Origin: a virus
Taxonomy: Duplodnaviria; Caudoviricetes
Virus record (IMG/VR): IMGVR_UViG_3300012347_000581
Span: 1-31,912 of that record
Strand: one strand, 5' to 3'
Length of the DNA: 31,912 bases
Numbering within the stretch: position 1 is the stretch's first letter; every line of letters begins with the position of its first letter. Shown here one piece after another: positions 20,019-29,346 of this stretch. The translations under genes and the position numbers were made by a program. Below the pieces are notes generated by a model that did no database searches, was not told the origin of the DNA, and saw only the letters and a program-made list of their open reading frames with translations.

Positions 20019-21083
20019 ATGCAATTAGGTTCAGTTTATTTATATCCAAATCGTCTAGACATTTTTACAAATCTAGATTCATGGCTCCAAGAGAGGTATC
20101 GTCAAGTGTATCAGCGTAATCTTAAAATCTACCGCGGTGTAGATAATCGGGTAGAATTTCGAGTTAAATCGTCGGATCAGAAACCCGTCAACATAACAAA
20201 TCGAACATTTGTGTTCAATTTAATATCGAGAGAAAGTCAAGAACTGTTAATCAAAAAAGACTGCAGTTTAATTGATGCAACTACCGGGAAAATTTTCCTA
20301 AGTTTACTTGATAGAGAATTATTAGATATCGAAGCCGGGTCATATCAATATTCGATACACTATGAAGTTAGAAACTATGTTGACGACTATTATACTGTAT
20401 CAGAACGACGACCAGTATATGTAGATGCGCAATACGGTGCATCTCAAACAATAGAAATTCTACCAGATATCTCCGGAGAACCGGTAGTATCACAAGAAGT
20501 AAAAGAAGTTAAATTTTATACTGACTTTACTCCAGCTGGTGATTTTTTTATTAGCGGCCGATTCGATGCCAGAGCAGCATTTAATACTCCAACCTCAATA
20601 CATACTTTTCAATTGTTCATGACAAACTATACTGGAAGAGTAAGTATTCAAGGAAGTTTAGATAACGGGGGTGATCCGCAACAATGGGTGGATATTCAAA
20701 CATTTGACTATGTTAATTCTAATATGCAATATGTAAACTTGATCGGTAAGTATAATTGGTTCAGAATTAAATATCAGCCTAGTACATCTGGATTACTCGG
20801 AGACTTTACTGTTGACTTAACAGTGTTTGGATACTATAACGTATCAATTAATACACCAGGCAGAAACTATCAAGTTGGCAATACAATCGTTATTAAAGGT
20901 AGTCGATTAGGAGGCGAAACCCCAGCGAACGATCTTACTATTAGCGTTACCGGTGTAGATTTAAATGGTGGTATTACAACGTTTACACATTCTGGTAGAG
21001 CGTTTAATGGTGTAACACGATATTTGTTAGGTGGCAGTAGTGCAACGAATACCGGAACTTTTGACAAAGTAGTATATAGATAG
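20019..21083 (+). CDS. Probable virion structural (baseplate/tail-associated) protein
   Basis: Beta-rich, Gly/Thr-rich C-terminus (PGRNYQVGNTIVIKGSRLGG..PANDLTI); late-type promoter. Confidence 0.5.
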   Translation: MQLGSVYLYPNRLDIFTNLDSWLQERYRQVYQRNLKIYRGVDNRVEFRVKSSDQKPVNITNRTFVFNLISRESQELLIKKDCSLIDATTGKIFLSLLDRELLDIEAGSYQYSIHYEVRNYVDDYYTVSERRPVYVDAQYGASQTIEILPDISGEPVVSQEVKEVKFYTDFTPAGDFFISGRFDARAAFNTPTSIHTFQLFMTNYTGRVSIQGSLDNGGDPQQWVDIQTFDYVNSNMQYVNLIGKYNWFRIKYQPSTSGLLGDFTVDLTVFGYYNVSINTPGRNYQVGNTIVIKGSRLGGETPANDLTISVTGVDLNGGITTFTHSGRAFNGVTRYLLGGSSATNTGTFDKVVYR

Positions 21084-21089
21084 TATAAT
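21061..21089 (+). promoter_or_regulatory. Consensus sigma70 promoter
   Basis: TTGACA-17 bp-TATAAT; ATG at 21096. Confidence 0.9.
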
Positions 21090-21095
21090 TAGTCT

Positions 21096-22109
21096 ATGAC
21101 TACTGTTATAGATTTATTTACTTCCTTATTACCGCCAAGAACTAAAACTAGCCCAAGCGGCTGGCTTAGCTTTAATGCCCCGTGTTGCATCCATAAAGGT
21201 CACAAAGCCGATACTAGAAAGCGCGGGGGAGTTAGATTTGATGCTGGCATTGTGTACAATTGTTTTAATTGTAAGTACAGTACAGGCTGGCAGCCCGGAT
21301 CTCCCATTAGTGAAAAGTTAAAAACATTGTGTCGATGGATGGGTGCTGATGACACTCATATCAATAATATGATGTTTGCCGCATTGAAAACCGAATCGCC
21401 TGATTATCGAGCAGAACAACATGTAACTAAAATAGAATTTCCAGAAAAACCGTTACCTCCGGAATCTAAAAAATTATCAGATTGGGCAACTGAAACTCTT
21501 AGTCCCGAGTTAGAAACAAAGCTCATTGCAGTGTACAGTTATATTTTATCACGAGGACTGGACCCGATAACTGGTGACTTTTATTGGAGCCCAACTCCCC
21601 GATACATTGATCGAGTTATTGTACCGTTTAGATATAATGGAAAAATCGTAGGGAATAGTGCAAGACGTATTACTGATGGCAAATTAAAATATTTGTCAGA
21701 TCAGTCACCGTATTTTGTTTTTAACTTCGATGTACAAAAAGAAACTCAAAAATATATTATTGTCACCGAGGGGCCATTTGATGCACTAGCAGTGAATGGC
21801 GTAGCATTACTAACTAACGAAATTTCCGAACAGCAAGCTCGCATAATTAATAGTATAGGTGCAGAAGTTATTGTGGTACCGGATCAAGATAAAGCAGGAC
21901 TGCGCATTTTTGATCAAGCAGTTGAATTAAACTGGTCAGTTGCATCGCCAACTTGGGACGACAGTGTGAAAGACTGTGCCGATGCAGTGATAAAATACGG
22001 CAAACTGTTTGTTGTTGTAGATGCTATACTAACTGCACAGAGGGGAGCAATTAAAATTAACATGGCTAGAAAACAATTAGAACACAAATTAGCAAGAAAT
22101 ACTCAATAG
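21096..22109 (+). CDS. DNA primase (T4 gp61/DnaG-like)
   Basis: Zn ligands PCC...CFNC; TOPRIM EGPFD, PDQDKAG, KDCAD. Confidence 0.9.
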   Translation: MTTVIDLFTSLLPPRTKTSPSGWLSFNAPCCIHKGHKADTRKRGGVRFDAGIVYNCFNCKYSTGWQPGSPISEKLKTLCRWMGADDTHINNMMFAALKTESPDYRAEQHVTKIEFPEKPLPPESKKLSDWATETLSPELETKLIAVYSYILSRGLDPITGDFYWSPTPRYIDRVIVPFRYNGKIVGNSARRITDGKLKYLSDQSPYFVFNFDVQKETQKYIIVTEGPFDALAVNGVALLTNEISEQQARIINSIGAEVIVVPDQDKAGLRIFDQAVELNWSVASPTWDDSVKDCADAVIKYGKLFVVVDAILTAQRGAIKINMARKQLEHKLARNTQ

Positions 22110-22113
22110 CATA

Positions 22114-22578
22114 ATGAATACAAAATACTTAACATTGTTAAACTATGACTTAGACATTCCTGCATTGTTAGTCGAAGCAGAGATAGCTAGAGCTAAATCG
22201 GCTCCGTATACTGATACTCGTTACCCAGATACATCGTTTAATCATTGGAGAATGCAGAAACACACTGCGCCGATTATAGAATCTATTATGGATGATTTTG
22301 AAGTAATAGGTAGTCCAAGATTTTATTTTCAACAACCGCACTCATGTATTTCAGATCATATTGATAACGGTACACTAACATCGATAAATTTTATTTTATC
22401 CGAAAATGCTGCACCTATTACATTTAACAATACTAATTTTTACTATAAACAGTGTTTACTTAATACACAACTTATGCATCGAGTTAATACAGCAGACCAA
22501 GAACGAATACTATTAAAAATATCTATTTTTAATGAAACATATGAAGATTTAGCAACTAGGATAAAATATAAATTATGA
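22114..22578 (+). CDS. Putative 2OG-Fe(II)/cupin-fold oxygenase
   Basis: HID...SINF...H-V...R-LL arrangement. Confidence 0.5.
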   Translation: MNTKYLTLLNYDLDIPALLVEAEIARAKSAPYTDTRYPDTSFNHWRMQKHTAPIIESIMDDFEVIGSPRFYFQQPHSCISDHIDNGTLTSINFILSENAAPITFNNTNFYYKQCLLNTQLMHRVNTADQERILLKISIFNETYEDLATRIKYKL

Positions 22579-23990
22579 TTAAAGAATATGGCTACGATGT
22601 ACAACGATTATATTTAGAACTGATGCTAGCAGATGCAGAAGTGTTTGTTCGATGCCAAGGTATTTTTGATCATACATTGTTTGATCGAAAATTACAAGAT
22701 GCAGCAGAATTTATCAATGTATATGCAAAAGAATACAACGTATTACCAGATTACGAAATGGTAAATGCTAGTTGCAGAACTGATATGAAACGACCCGAAG
22801 ATGTTAAAGAAGGGCACTTAGATTGGTTACTAGACGAGTTTGAATCATTTACTAGACATAAAGCATTAGAGCGTGCAATTTTAGCGTCCGCTGATTTACT
22901 TGAAAAAAACAATTACGGCGAAGTAGAAACGTTAATTAAAGAAGCTGTTCAAATTGGATTAGCTCGCGATATGGGTACTGATTATTTTGCAGACCCGCGT
23001 GGTAGATTAATGGGCCTCAAAGACAAAAATGGTCAAGTTAGTACTGGCTGGTCGACCATGGATAAAAAGTTGTTTGGCGGATTTAATAGGGGCGAACTTA
23101 ACATTTTTGCAGGCGGTTCGGGTGCAGGTAAAAGTTTATTCTTAGCAAATTTAGGTGTAAACTTTGCACTTACAGGACTTAATGTTGTATATTTAACGTT
23201 AGAGTTAAGCGAAGCACTAGTTAGTATGCGTATTGATTCGATGGTAACCGGTGTTTCAACTCGTGATATTTTCAAAGATCTAAACGATGTAGAAATGAAA
23301 GTTAAAATGATTGGTAAGCGAGCAGGAATGTTACAAGTTAAATATATGCCAAGTGGTAAAACAACTAATGACATCCGTGCATATTTAAAAGAATATGAAA
23401 TTAAATGTGGCAAAAAAGTCGATGTACTCTTAGTTGATTACTTAGACTTGCTTATGCCCATTGGTAAAAAAATTAGTGCTGAAAACTTGTTTATTAAAGA
23501 CAAGTATGTTTCAGAAGAACTGCGTAACTTAGCAATGGAGAAGAAGTGTGTGTTTGTAACAGCTGCTCAGTTAAATCGAGGTGCTGTCGAAGAAGTTGAA
23601 TTTGACCACAGTCATATTTCCGGTGGTCTGTCTAAAATTCAAACAGCAGATAACGTATTTGGTATTTTTACAAGTCGTGCTATGCGTGAACGCGGTCGCT
23701 ACCAATTGCAACTAATGAAAACACGAAGTTCGAGTGGTGTTGGTCAAAAGATTGATTTAGAATTTAATATTGAAACTTTAAAAATTACAGATTTGCCTGA
23801 AGATGAACAAGAACAAACAGCTGGTGCAAATAGAGGAACTAGCTCAGTAATTGACAGCATTAAACGCAAGTCTGAAATGAGTCGAGAAAGCCCAGACGAG
23901 GGTGCGCCAGTTGGCAAAGTAAGGGCTACAGTACAAAGTAGCAAGCTAAGGGAAATTTTAAATAATATGAGTGACAGCGACGAAGAATGA
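22575..23990 (+). CDS. Replicative helicase (DnaB/T4 gp41-like)
   Basis: GGSGAGKS, TLELSE, VDYLDL, AAQLNR, KTR. Confidence 0.93.
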   Translation: MIKEYGYDVQRLYLELMLADAEVFVRCQGIFDHTLFDRKLQDAAEFINVYAKEYNVLPDYEMVNASCRTDMKRPEDVKEGHLDWLLDEFESFTRHKALERAILASADLLEKNNYGEVETLIKEAVQIGLARDMGTDYFADPRGRLMGLKDKNGQVSTGWSTMDKKLFGGFNRGELNIFAGGSGAGKSLFLANLGVNFALTGLNVVYLTLELSEALVSMRIDSMVTGVSTRDIFKDLNDVEMKVKMIGKRAGMLQVKYMPSGKTTNDIRAYLKEYEIKCGKKVDVLLVDYLDLLMPIGKKISAENLFIKDKYVSEELRNLAMEKKCVFVTAAQLNRGAVEEVEFDHSHISGGLSKIQTADNVFGIFTSRAMRERGRYQLQLMKTRSSSGVGQKIDLEFNIETLKITDLPEDEQEQTAGANRGTSSVIDSIKRKSEMSRESPDEGAPVGKVRATVQSSKLREILNNMSDSDEE

Positions 23991-24013
23991 TATTGTAAAT
24001 TGCTAAATACTGG

Positions 24014-24919
24014 ATGTGTATAATAATTGGCAAATACTTTGAAAAGCATGGATGGGTCGCTGTTAAAAACAGGGACCGCAATTACATCCCAGATATTAGT
24101 TTTAAGAAAAAAATCACCAAAGGTGTGGAAATTCTATACTTTTGGGATGATATAACTCAATATTGCGAAGGAATGAATTCTGCAGGAGTTGGTGTACTTA
24201 GTGCTAGTTTAATGGTACTCGATGACGAAAAAGAAATTGAAGTTCGTACTAAAACTCCTAGCAAAGACGGCTCTAAAATTAAAAAAGCATTAGAGCAACC
24301 TAATGTAAAATTAGTTGCTGCAAGTTTAATTCAACAAAAGTTAACCGGCAATACTTTAATTTTTGATGCCGAAACTATGATTTTATTAGAAGGTGCTTGG
24401 ATTAAAGGCGGTTATAAAAATGAAGAATTTGAATACAAAGTTAAAGTAATTCCAAAAGATGAAACTGTTGTTAGAACAAATCACGGAGTATTGCTGTCTA
24501 GGGCAGGTTATCAACGCACTACTGACGACGAAGCACAAACCCTTAGTCGTATAAGCTCTGAAAGTAGAAAGCTAATTGCAGAAATTGTAGTTATGCAATC
24601 TGAAGATCCAGAAGACATAATTGACGGACTAACCAAGAATTTTACTGATAACGGACAAATGAATGCATTACGCACTAGTACTGAAAAGAAAAAAATGCGA
24701 ACTACTAGTCAAATAATGATTATTCCAAAAGAAAAAACAATGTATGTTCGTCCAGTACAAAGCAATATGCAATTTAATTTTTGGGAATTAAATCGACCTA
24801 CACAGCAAACATGGGTTGAGATTTTAAGCAATCGAGTATTGTACGCAAATCTTAAAAATTTAGATCCAGGTGATGATCCACCGTTCGATTATAAATTAAC
24901 ACACAACATAATAAAATAA
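24014..24919 (+). CDS. Ntn-hydrolase-like protein (NRDE/C45-like)
   Basis: Cys at position 2, KNRDR, EGMNSAG, RTNH. Confidence 0.6.
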   Translation: MCIIIGKYFEKHGWVAVKNRDRNYIPDISFKKKITKGVEILYFWDDITQYCEGMNSAGVGVLSASLMVLDDEKEIEVRTKTPSKDGSKIKKALEQPNVKLVAASLIQQKLTGNTLIFDAETMILLEGAWIKGGYKNEEFEYKVKVIPKDETVVRTNHGVLLSRAGYQRTTDDEAQTLSRISSESRKLIAEIVVMQSEDPEDIIDGLTKNFTDNGQMNALRTSTEKKKMRTTSQIMIIPKEKTMYVRPVQSNMQFNFWELNRPTQQTWVEILSNRVLYANLKNLDPGDDPPFDYKLTHNIIK

Positions 24920-24921
24920 TC

Positions 24922-25284
24922 ATGAGAGCTATAGAATTCATAAACGAAGCACACGAAAAGCAACTTCGAAAAAGTGCTAAGGCTAGTATCAATAGCTTGC
25001 GAAAAAATCCAACCTTAGATAATAACAGTAATCCTTACTTAGCATATCGATTTGGTATTGCAATGGCAGGTAGTCCAGACTATGAAATGGATGTACACGG
25101 TCCGCTTGGAAGTTCATTCGTTACTACTGATTACACAGACGGTGATACTAAGATTAGGCAAGGTGCAGAAAAAATAATGGGTGTATCAAGTCAATCTGTA
25201 ACTGGTAAAGGTTCGTGCGAAATGGACATTGTTAATAAAATCAGCCCAGTTGCTGCTCCAAAGAAAAACAAATACGGAGTTTAA
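24922..25284 (+). CDS. Hypothetical, possible virion internal protein
   Basis: 120 aa; N-terminal MRAIEFINEA. Confidence 0.7.
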   Translation: MRAIEFINEAHEKQLRKSAKASINSLRKNPTLDNNSNPYLAYRFGIAMAGSPDYEMDVHGPLGSSFVTTDYTDGDTKIRQGAEKIMGVSSQSVTGKGSCEMDIVNKISPVAAPKKNKYGV

Positions 25285-25919
25285 GTATTACCTACATCTA
25301 CTTTTGGAGAAGTAGTACTACCTCGTATATAAGGTTTGTGTATTACTAAATTTGTAGTTAAGTATTGCCAGGGGACCACGATGTTCCCTATTTGTTTATC
25401 TACTGCTTGGGCTCCAGTAGTTTTACTAAATTCGACTAATTTAGATGCTTGAATGGGCGTCAATGTATACGCCCATGCACCCCGAGACCACAATCCGGTT
25501 ATCTCGTTAATTTGGTCTCCACGTCCATCTGCCAGATGTAATTTCCAAATGCATTGATTTAAATCTAGATCCGTTGGCCAAGGACCTTGCACCCATGCAT
25601 CGTGTTCCATGACTATGATTGGTTCTTGCAACGATATACAGTGTTGCCATAGACTAAAATGACTATGAAAACATCCCCTTGCACCGGGCCTTTTTACAAT
25701 AGCTCCTCGATTTAACAGTGTAACACCTATAAGTTCCCAAGATTGGCTAGTAATAGTGTAACCGTCAGTTGCGGGCCATGCAGATACATCCCACCCGAAT
25801 TTTTGTGCCTGTGTGATTGTAGCTTGGCTATTTGATTGAGATTGTTTGCAACTTCGAATGCTATTTACATGCGATGTTGCAGACAGTTGAGTTATTACAA
25901 ATGCTTTAGGTTGTTTCAT
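25281..25919 (-). CDS. GT25 family glycosyltransferase
   Basis: GCFHSHFSLW, VMEHD, AYTLTPIQASKL, AVD. Confidence 0.8.
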   Translation of the reverse strand: MKQPKAFVITQLSATSHVNSIRSCKQSQSNSQATITQAQKFGWDVSAWPATDGYTITSQSWELIGVTLLNRGAIVKRPGARGCFHSHFSLWQHCISLQEPIIVMEHDAWVQGPWPTDLDLNQCIWKLHLADGRGDQINEITGLWSRGAWAYTLTPIQASKLVEFSKTTGAQAVDKQIGNIVVPWQYLTTNLVIHKPYIRGSTTSPKVDVGNT

Positions 25920-26034
25920 TAGGAAGTCTTACAAACTCTATCGTCCCTCCGTATACTGATTTAAATAATTCTGCACATTCTAAAATATAAAATTTGCATA
26001 CAGTACCGTTGGATTTTGTTAATAGATATTGCAT
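25906..26034 (-). CDS. Small hypothetical protein (42 aa), not in the ORF track
   Basis: MQYLLTKSNGTVCKFYILECAELFKSVYGGTIEFVRLPNETT; AAGG RBS; TATAAATA upstream. Confidence 0.55.
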   Translation of the reverse strand: MQYLLTKSNGTVCKFYILECAELFKSVYGGTIEFVRLPNETT

Positions 26035-26062
26035 AGTTGACCTTTGTTTGTAATCAAAAAAG

Positions 26063-26070
26063 TATTTATA
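26063..26070 (-). promoter_or_regulatory. T4 late promoter consensus TATAAATA
   Basis: TATTTATA on + strand, intergenic. Confidence 0.55.
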
Positions 26071-26083
26071 CAATATAAATCTA

Positions 26084-26284
26084 TTAACGACTCGTTCTTA
26101 CTACAGATTCTCGCAATTGTTGCACGTCATTTTCAAGTCGTCTTATCTGCTTAGCTTGCTGTTCAACTAATGATCCCAATCGTTGTACAATTGTCATTAG
26201 CTGCTGTTCAGTAATTGATGGCCCGGTTAATTGCTTAGCCTGCGGTGTTGTACGTGCAACTGTGTGATGCTGATATTGTTCCAT
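26084..26284 (-). CDS. Small coiled-coil protein
   Basis: Heptad pattern; AAGG upstream. Confidence 0.7.
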   Translation of the reverse strand: MEQYQHHTVARTTPQAKQLTGPSITEQQLMTIVQRLGSLVEQQAKQIRRLENDVQQLRESVVRTSR

Positions 26285-26308
26285 GTGTTATTAATTGCCT
26301 TTGTTATA

Positions 26309-27310
26309 CTATATATCAATGTTATGTGTATTCTTGATGTAACTTGATACTTCTTGATATACTTTTTTCAAATATATATTAATAACTACGGCTTCTTTAG
26401 GGTCGTCTCGAGACAAGCTTTTACCTGCATGTTTCTTAGTATAATATACGATTCCCGACTCGATCATCTTTTTAATTTTAGCAGGATGTTCTATAAATGC
26501 GGCTGATGGTAAATGCGAAATAGTAGCAACAACTTCACCGGCAATGTTATGTGCAAACGCATCAATTTCCGACGGTGATGCTTTATATAATTTATACCAT
26601 CGAGCAGATCGAGGAGTACTAGGCGTCTTATTATGTTGTAAACTAAGTGCCTTAAACTCATCGTTGGCACCCTGTCTAAGTTTCGGATCACTTAGCCGGC
26701 TACGATACATAAGTTTATTTCGACCTCGATTGATCTGATAGGTATGTTGTTTACCGTGTACCATCTCATGGATAAATGTGTTACACAACGCAGCTACTGG
26801 ATCTGCAACATCGTCGCTTTTATTAATAATTTCTGTAATTGCCGGAATCAATTTTCGATTAGTTAACTTGTCTTGTATCTCATCAATGTCGTCTCGACGA
26901 TACGGTGTATACACTGAACTAGTTATCTTAGCAGCAATTGGAGTGATGATTGCTAATGTGAAGTCTTGAATTGTTCTAATCGAAAGCTTCACATAGTTTG
27001 CATTTGATATGCTGCCGTGTGCTCGTATGTCAGTAAACGCCACTCCGTTAAGTGCCACAGTCATCTTATAGTAGCCAAAATCAAATAGCTTCTTTTCTAA
27101 ATCAGCTGTTAGTGCTTTGCTGTATGCTCTTTTTAAAACACTTTCTACTTCAACGCCAGAAATGCAATCTTCTATTTCTAAAAGAACTTCGTCAGTTTGT
27201 AATGCAGGTAAGTTATCCGTTAACGATTTGATAACTATGCCATACAATGCAGGATAGTGTTTGGTGAGACTGATTGCTTCAGTGAGGGATATGTTGGTGA
27301 ATAAATTCAT
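26309..27310 (-). CDS. HExxH zincin-like metallopeptidase-motif protein
   Basis: FIHEMVHGKQ plus downstream EIDAFAH; ATAAATA at 27318-27324. Confidence 0.65.
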   Translation of the reverse strand: MNLFTNISLTEAISLTKHYPALYGIVIKSLTDNLPALQTDEVLLEIEDCISGVEVESVLKRAYSKALTADLEKKLFDFGYYKMTVALNGVAFTDIRAHGSISNANYVKLSIRTIQDFTLAIITPIAAKITSSVYTPYRRDDIDEIQDKLTNRKLIPAITEIINKSDDVADPVAALCNTFIHEMVHGKQHTYQINRGRNKLMYRSRLSDPKLRQGANDEFKALSLQHNKTPSTPRSARWYKLYKASPSEIDAFAHNIAGEVVATISHLPSAAFIEHPAKIKKMIESGIVYYTKKHAGKSLSRDDPKEAVVINIYLKKVYQEVSSYIKNTHNIDI

Positions 27311-27604
27311 AGTACATTATTTATTTGATTTACCTGACTTCCCTCTGCGGTGTAACCTCCAGGGGCGGAAAGCAAATTTTTACAGAATATCTACGCAGTT
27401 TATTCCCCACCCAGAGATAGTGATTATACAGTAAGTACACAGTAATAGCACAGTAGCAACACAGTAGCAACACAGTACTGATAACGTATACAGCACAGTA
27501 ATTGCACAGTTTGATACCGGGCGGCGCGGGGTTGTTGCGGTTCGCTACTGTGATATGCACCATCGAACAGCGTTCGCGAGACTGAGTGTTAAGTCTCTTG
27601 CACG

Positions 27605-27807
27605 CCCAAAATGGTTCTGCTACGGTAAAAATTTGGGCGCGCAAAAATTTTAGAACAGTACTTAACGTGGTGGTCTGGTGATTCTACAGCAACGACACAG
27701 TGATTCTACAGTAAGTACACAGTACCCAAAAGGGTTTGCGGGGGTAAAAAACTGGGCGCGTAAAAATTTTAGGATGAGTACTTTTCTTTTCAAGGTGGTG
27801 ATTCTAC
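27605..27807 (+). repeat. Imperfect direct repeat, ~120-bp period
   Basis: CCCAAAA..GGTAAAAA..TGGGCGCG.AAAAATTTTAG..AGTACTT..TGGTGATTCTAC from 27605 and 27725. Confidence 0.8.
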
Positions 27808-27809
27808 AC

Positions 27810-27837
27810 TACAGTGTTGTAAAAATACAACACTGTA
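27810..27837. repeat. Perfect 12-bp inverted repeat
   Basis: TACAGTGTTGTA-AAAA-TACAACACTGTA. Confidence 0.85.
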
Positions 27838-27880
27838 TGTATATATAGCCCCCCACCCAACCTTACAGCAACCTTACAAA

Positions 27881-28230
27881 AAGCTTGCAATTGCTTGCAA
27901 ATGTTTGCAAAAGCTTGCATTGCAAATGCTAACAAAAGCTTGCAAAAGCTTGCAAATGCTAACAAAAGCTTGCATTGCAAAAGCTTGCAAATGCTAACAA
28001 AAGCTTGCAATTGCTTGCAAATGTTTGCGTTACAAAAAATTACAAGATGTTACAAAACATTACACTTTGTTACATTACAATTACATTACACTTTGTTACA
28101 ATACGCAACACTTTGTTACATTACAATTACATTACACTTTGTTACGCTATGCAATACGTTGTTACATTACAATTACATTACATAACCTTACATTTTGTTA
28201 CAAAACATTACAATATAAAAAGCTTGCAAT
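27881..28230 (+). repeat. GCTTGCAA ~10-bp repeats followed by a TTACA pentamer array
   Basis: Read directly; second copy at 30150-30420. Confidence 0.9.
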
Positions 28231-28592
28231 TGTTTGCATACACTTGCAAATGTTTGCGTGTTGTTTTATTGCAACATATACTTGCATAGTGTTTTTTATA
28301 CAGCGTATTTTGCACAATAGCTTTTAAACGTGTTTTAAGCACGTTTTTAGCGTGTTTTTTGTGTAGTGCATAGCAAAGTATACATTTAACAAAAAAACGC
28401 TTAAAACGCGTTTTTTACTAAAATACTTGCAAAAGCTAACAGTAAACACAGTGCAAGTATTTGCAAACATTTTGTAAGTTTGTTGTAAGCTAATAATTTA
28501 ATAATATAAACAACAAAGCAGTTTTAATACTATTTGTAGCGTGTTGCAAGTACACGTACTAGTACGCTTTTAGCGTACACACTAATTGTAAT

Positions 28593-28854
28593 ATGCAAAA
28601 TGCTTGCAAATGCTTGCATTAGCAAAAAACAGTAAAAAGTGTGTTATAATACAGTTATGTAAGCAGTTTTAATACTATTACAAGCGTGTTGTAATACACG
28701 TACTAACTGTTTTATGCAAAATGCTTGCAAATGCTAACATTAGTATAAAACAGTAAAAATTGTGCTATAATAAGCACTATGCAAAGCAGTTTAACTACTA
28801 TTTGCAAGCGTGTTGTAATTACACGTACTAGTATGCTATTAGCATACACACTAA
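28593..28854 (+). promoter_or_regulatory. Two tandem extended -10 promoter plus hairpin units
   Basis: TGTTATAAT 28642-28650 and TGCTATAAT 28763-28771, 121 bp apart, with shared flanks. Confidence 0.7.
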
Positions 28855-28905
28855 TGTATTATGCTAGTAGCGTATATTTTGTAACTTTAACTTTTACTTT
28901 ATATT

Positions 28906-29238
28906 ATGCAAACTAACACAAACAACGTTTTTGCGCACGTTTTTACGCAATTAGCTAACACAAGCAACGCAGTTGCAAGTAATAGCAATAAAAAGTACAC
29001 TGTTGCAGGTATTAGCACACTGCCCAATGGTGAGACTAAAGTACGCTTAGCTAACAACTTGCGTGATAGGATTGGGATTTTGCGTAGGAATGGACACAGC
29101 AATATTATGCTTATGCAGTTGGAGAGTGCAATGACGGAAGCAGAAGTAGCAGCTTACTTGTTGACAGTGGATTTTGGTACAGACGACTTTAATGCAGTAG
29201 TTAAAGCTAATGCAGTAAAATTGGGCGTAAGCAAGTAA
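28906..29238 (+). CDS. Hypothetical 110-aa protein, paralog 1
   Basis: ~86% aa identity to 31213-31545 with many synonymous differences. Confidence 0.9.
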   Translation: MQTNTNNVFAHVFTQLANTSNAVASNSNKKYTVAGISTLPNGETKVRLANNLRDRIGILRRNGHSNIMLMQLESAMTEAEVAAYLLTVDFGTDDFNAVVKANAVKLGVSK

Positions 29239-29249
29239 TGTAATACAAC

Positions 29250-29293
29250 GTAACATACACGCAAGTGTATGTTACGTTTTATTTTTATTTTTA
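29250..29293 (+). terminator. Intrinsic terminator
   Basis: GTAACATACAC-GCAA-GTGTATGTTAC plus T runs. Confidence 0.8.
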
Positions 29294-29346
29294 TAAATTC
29301 GGGCACGGGTAGCCCTCCTCTTAGGTGGCAGCGATACTTGTAGCGG

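Larger units (their letters stand above)
27874..29007. other. GA/GG/TC/CC-free desert A
   Basis: Only 2 such dinucleotides found in 1134 bp (28046, 28186). Confidence 0.95.

Noticed and set aside
295-26969. Short antisense or nested ORFs in the track (e.g. 820-1029, 1240-1512, 23033-23413, 26491-26691)
   Set aside because: Shadows of well-supported genes
27330-27644. 104-aa minus-strand ORF
   Set aside because: Non-ATG start, runs through repeats, atypical Cys-rich composition
27804-28327. Overlapping ORFs of 68-104 aa in desert A
   Set aside because: Translations of low-complexity repeats in several frames; TGA stops are impossible here, inflating ORF length
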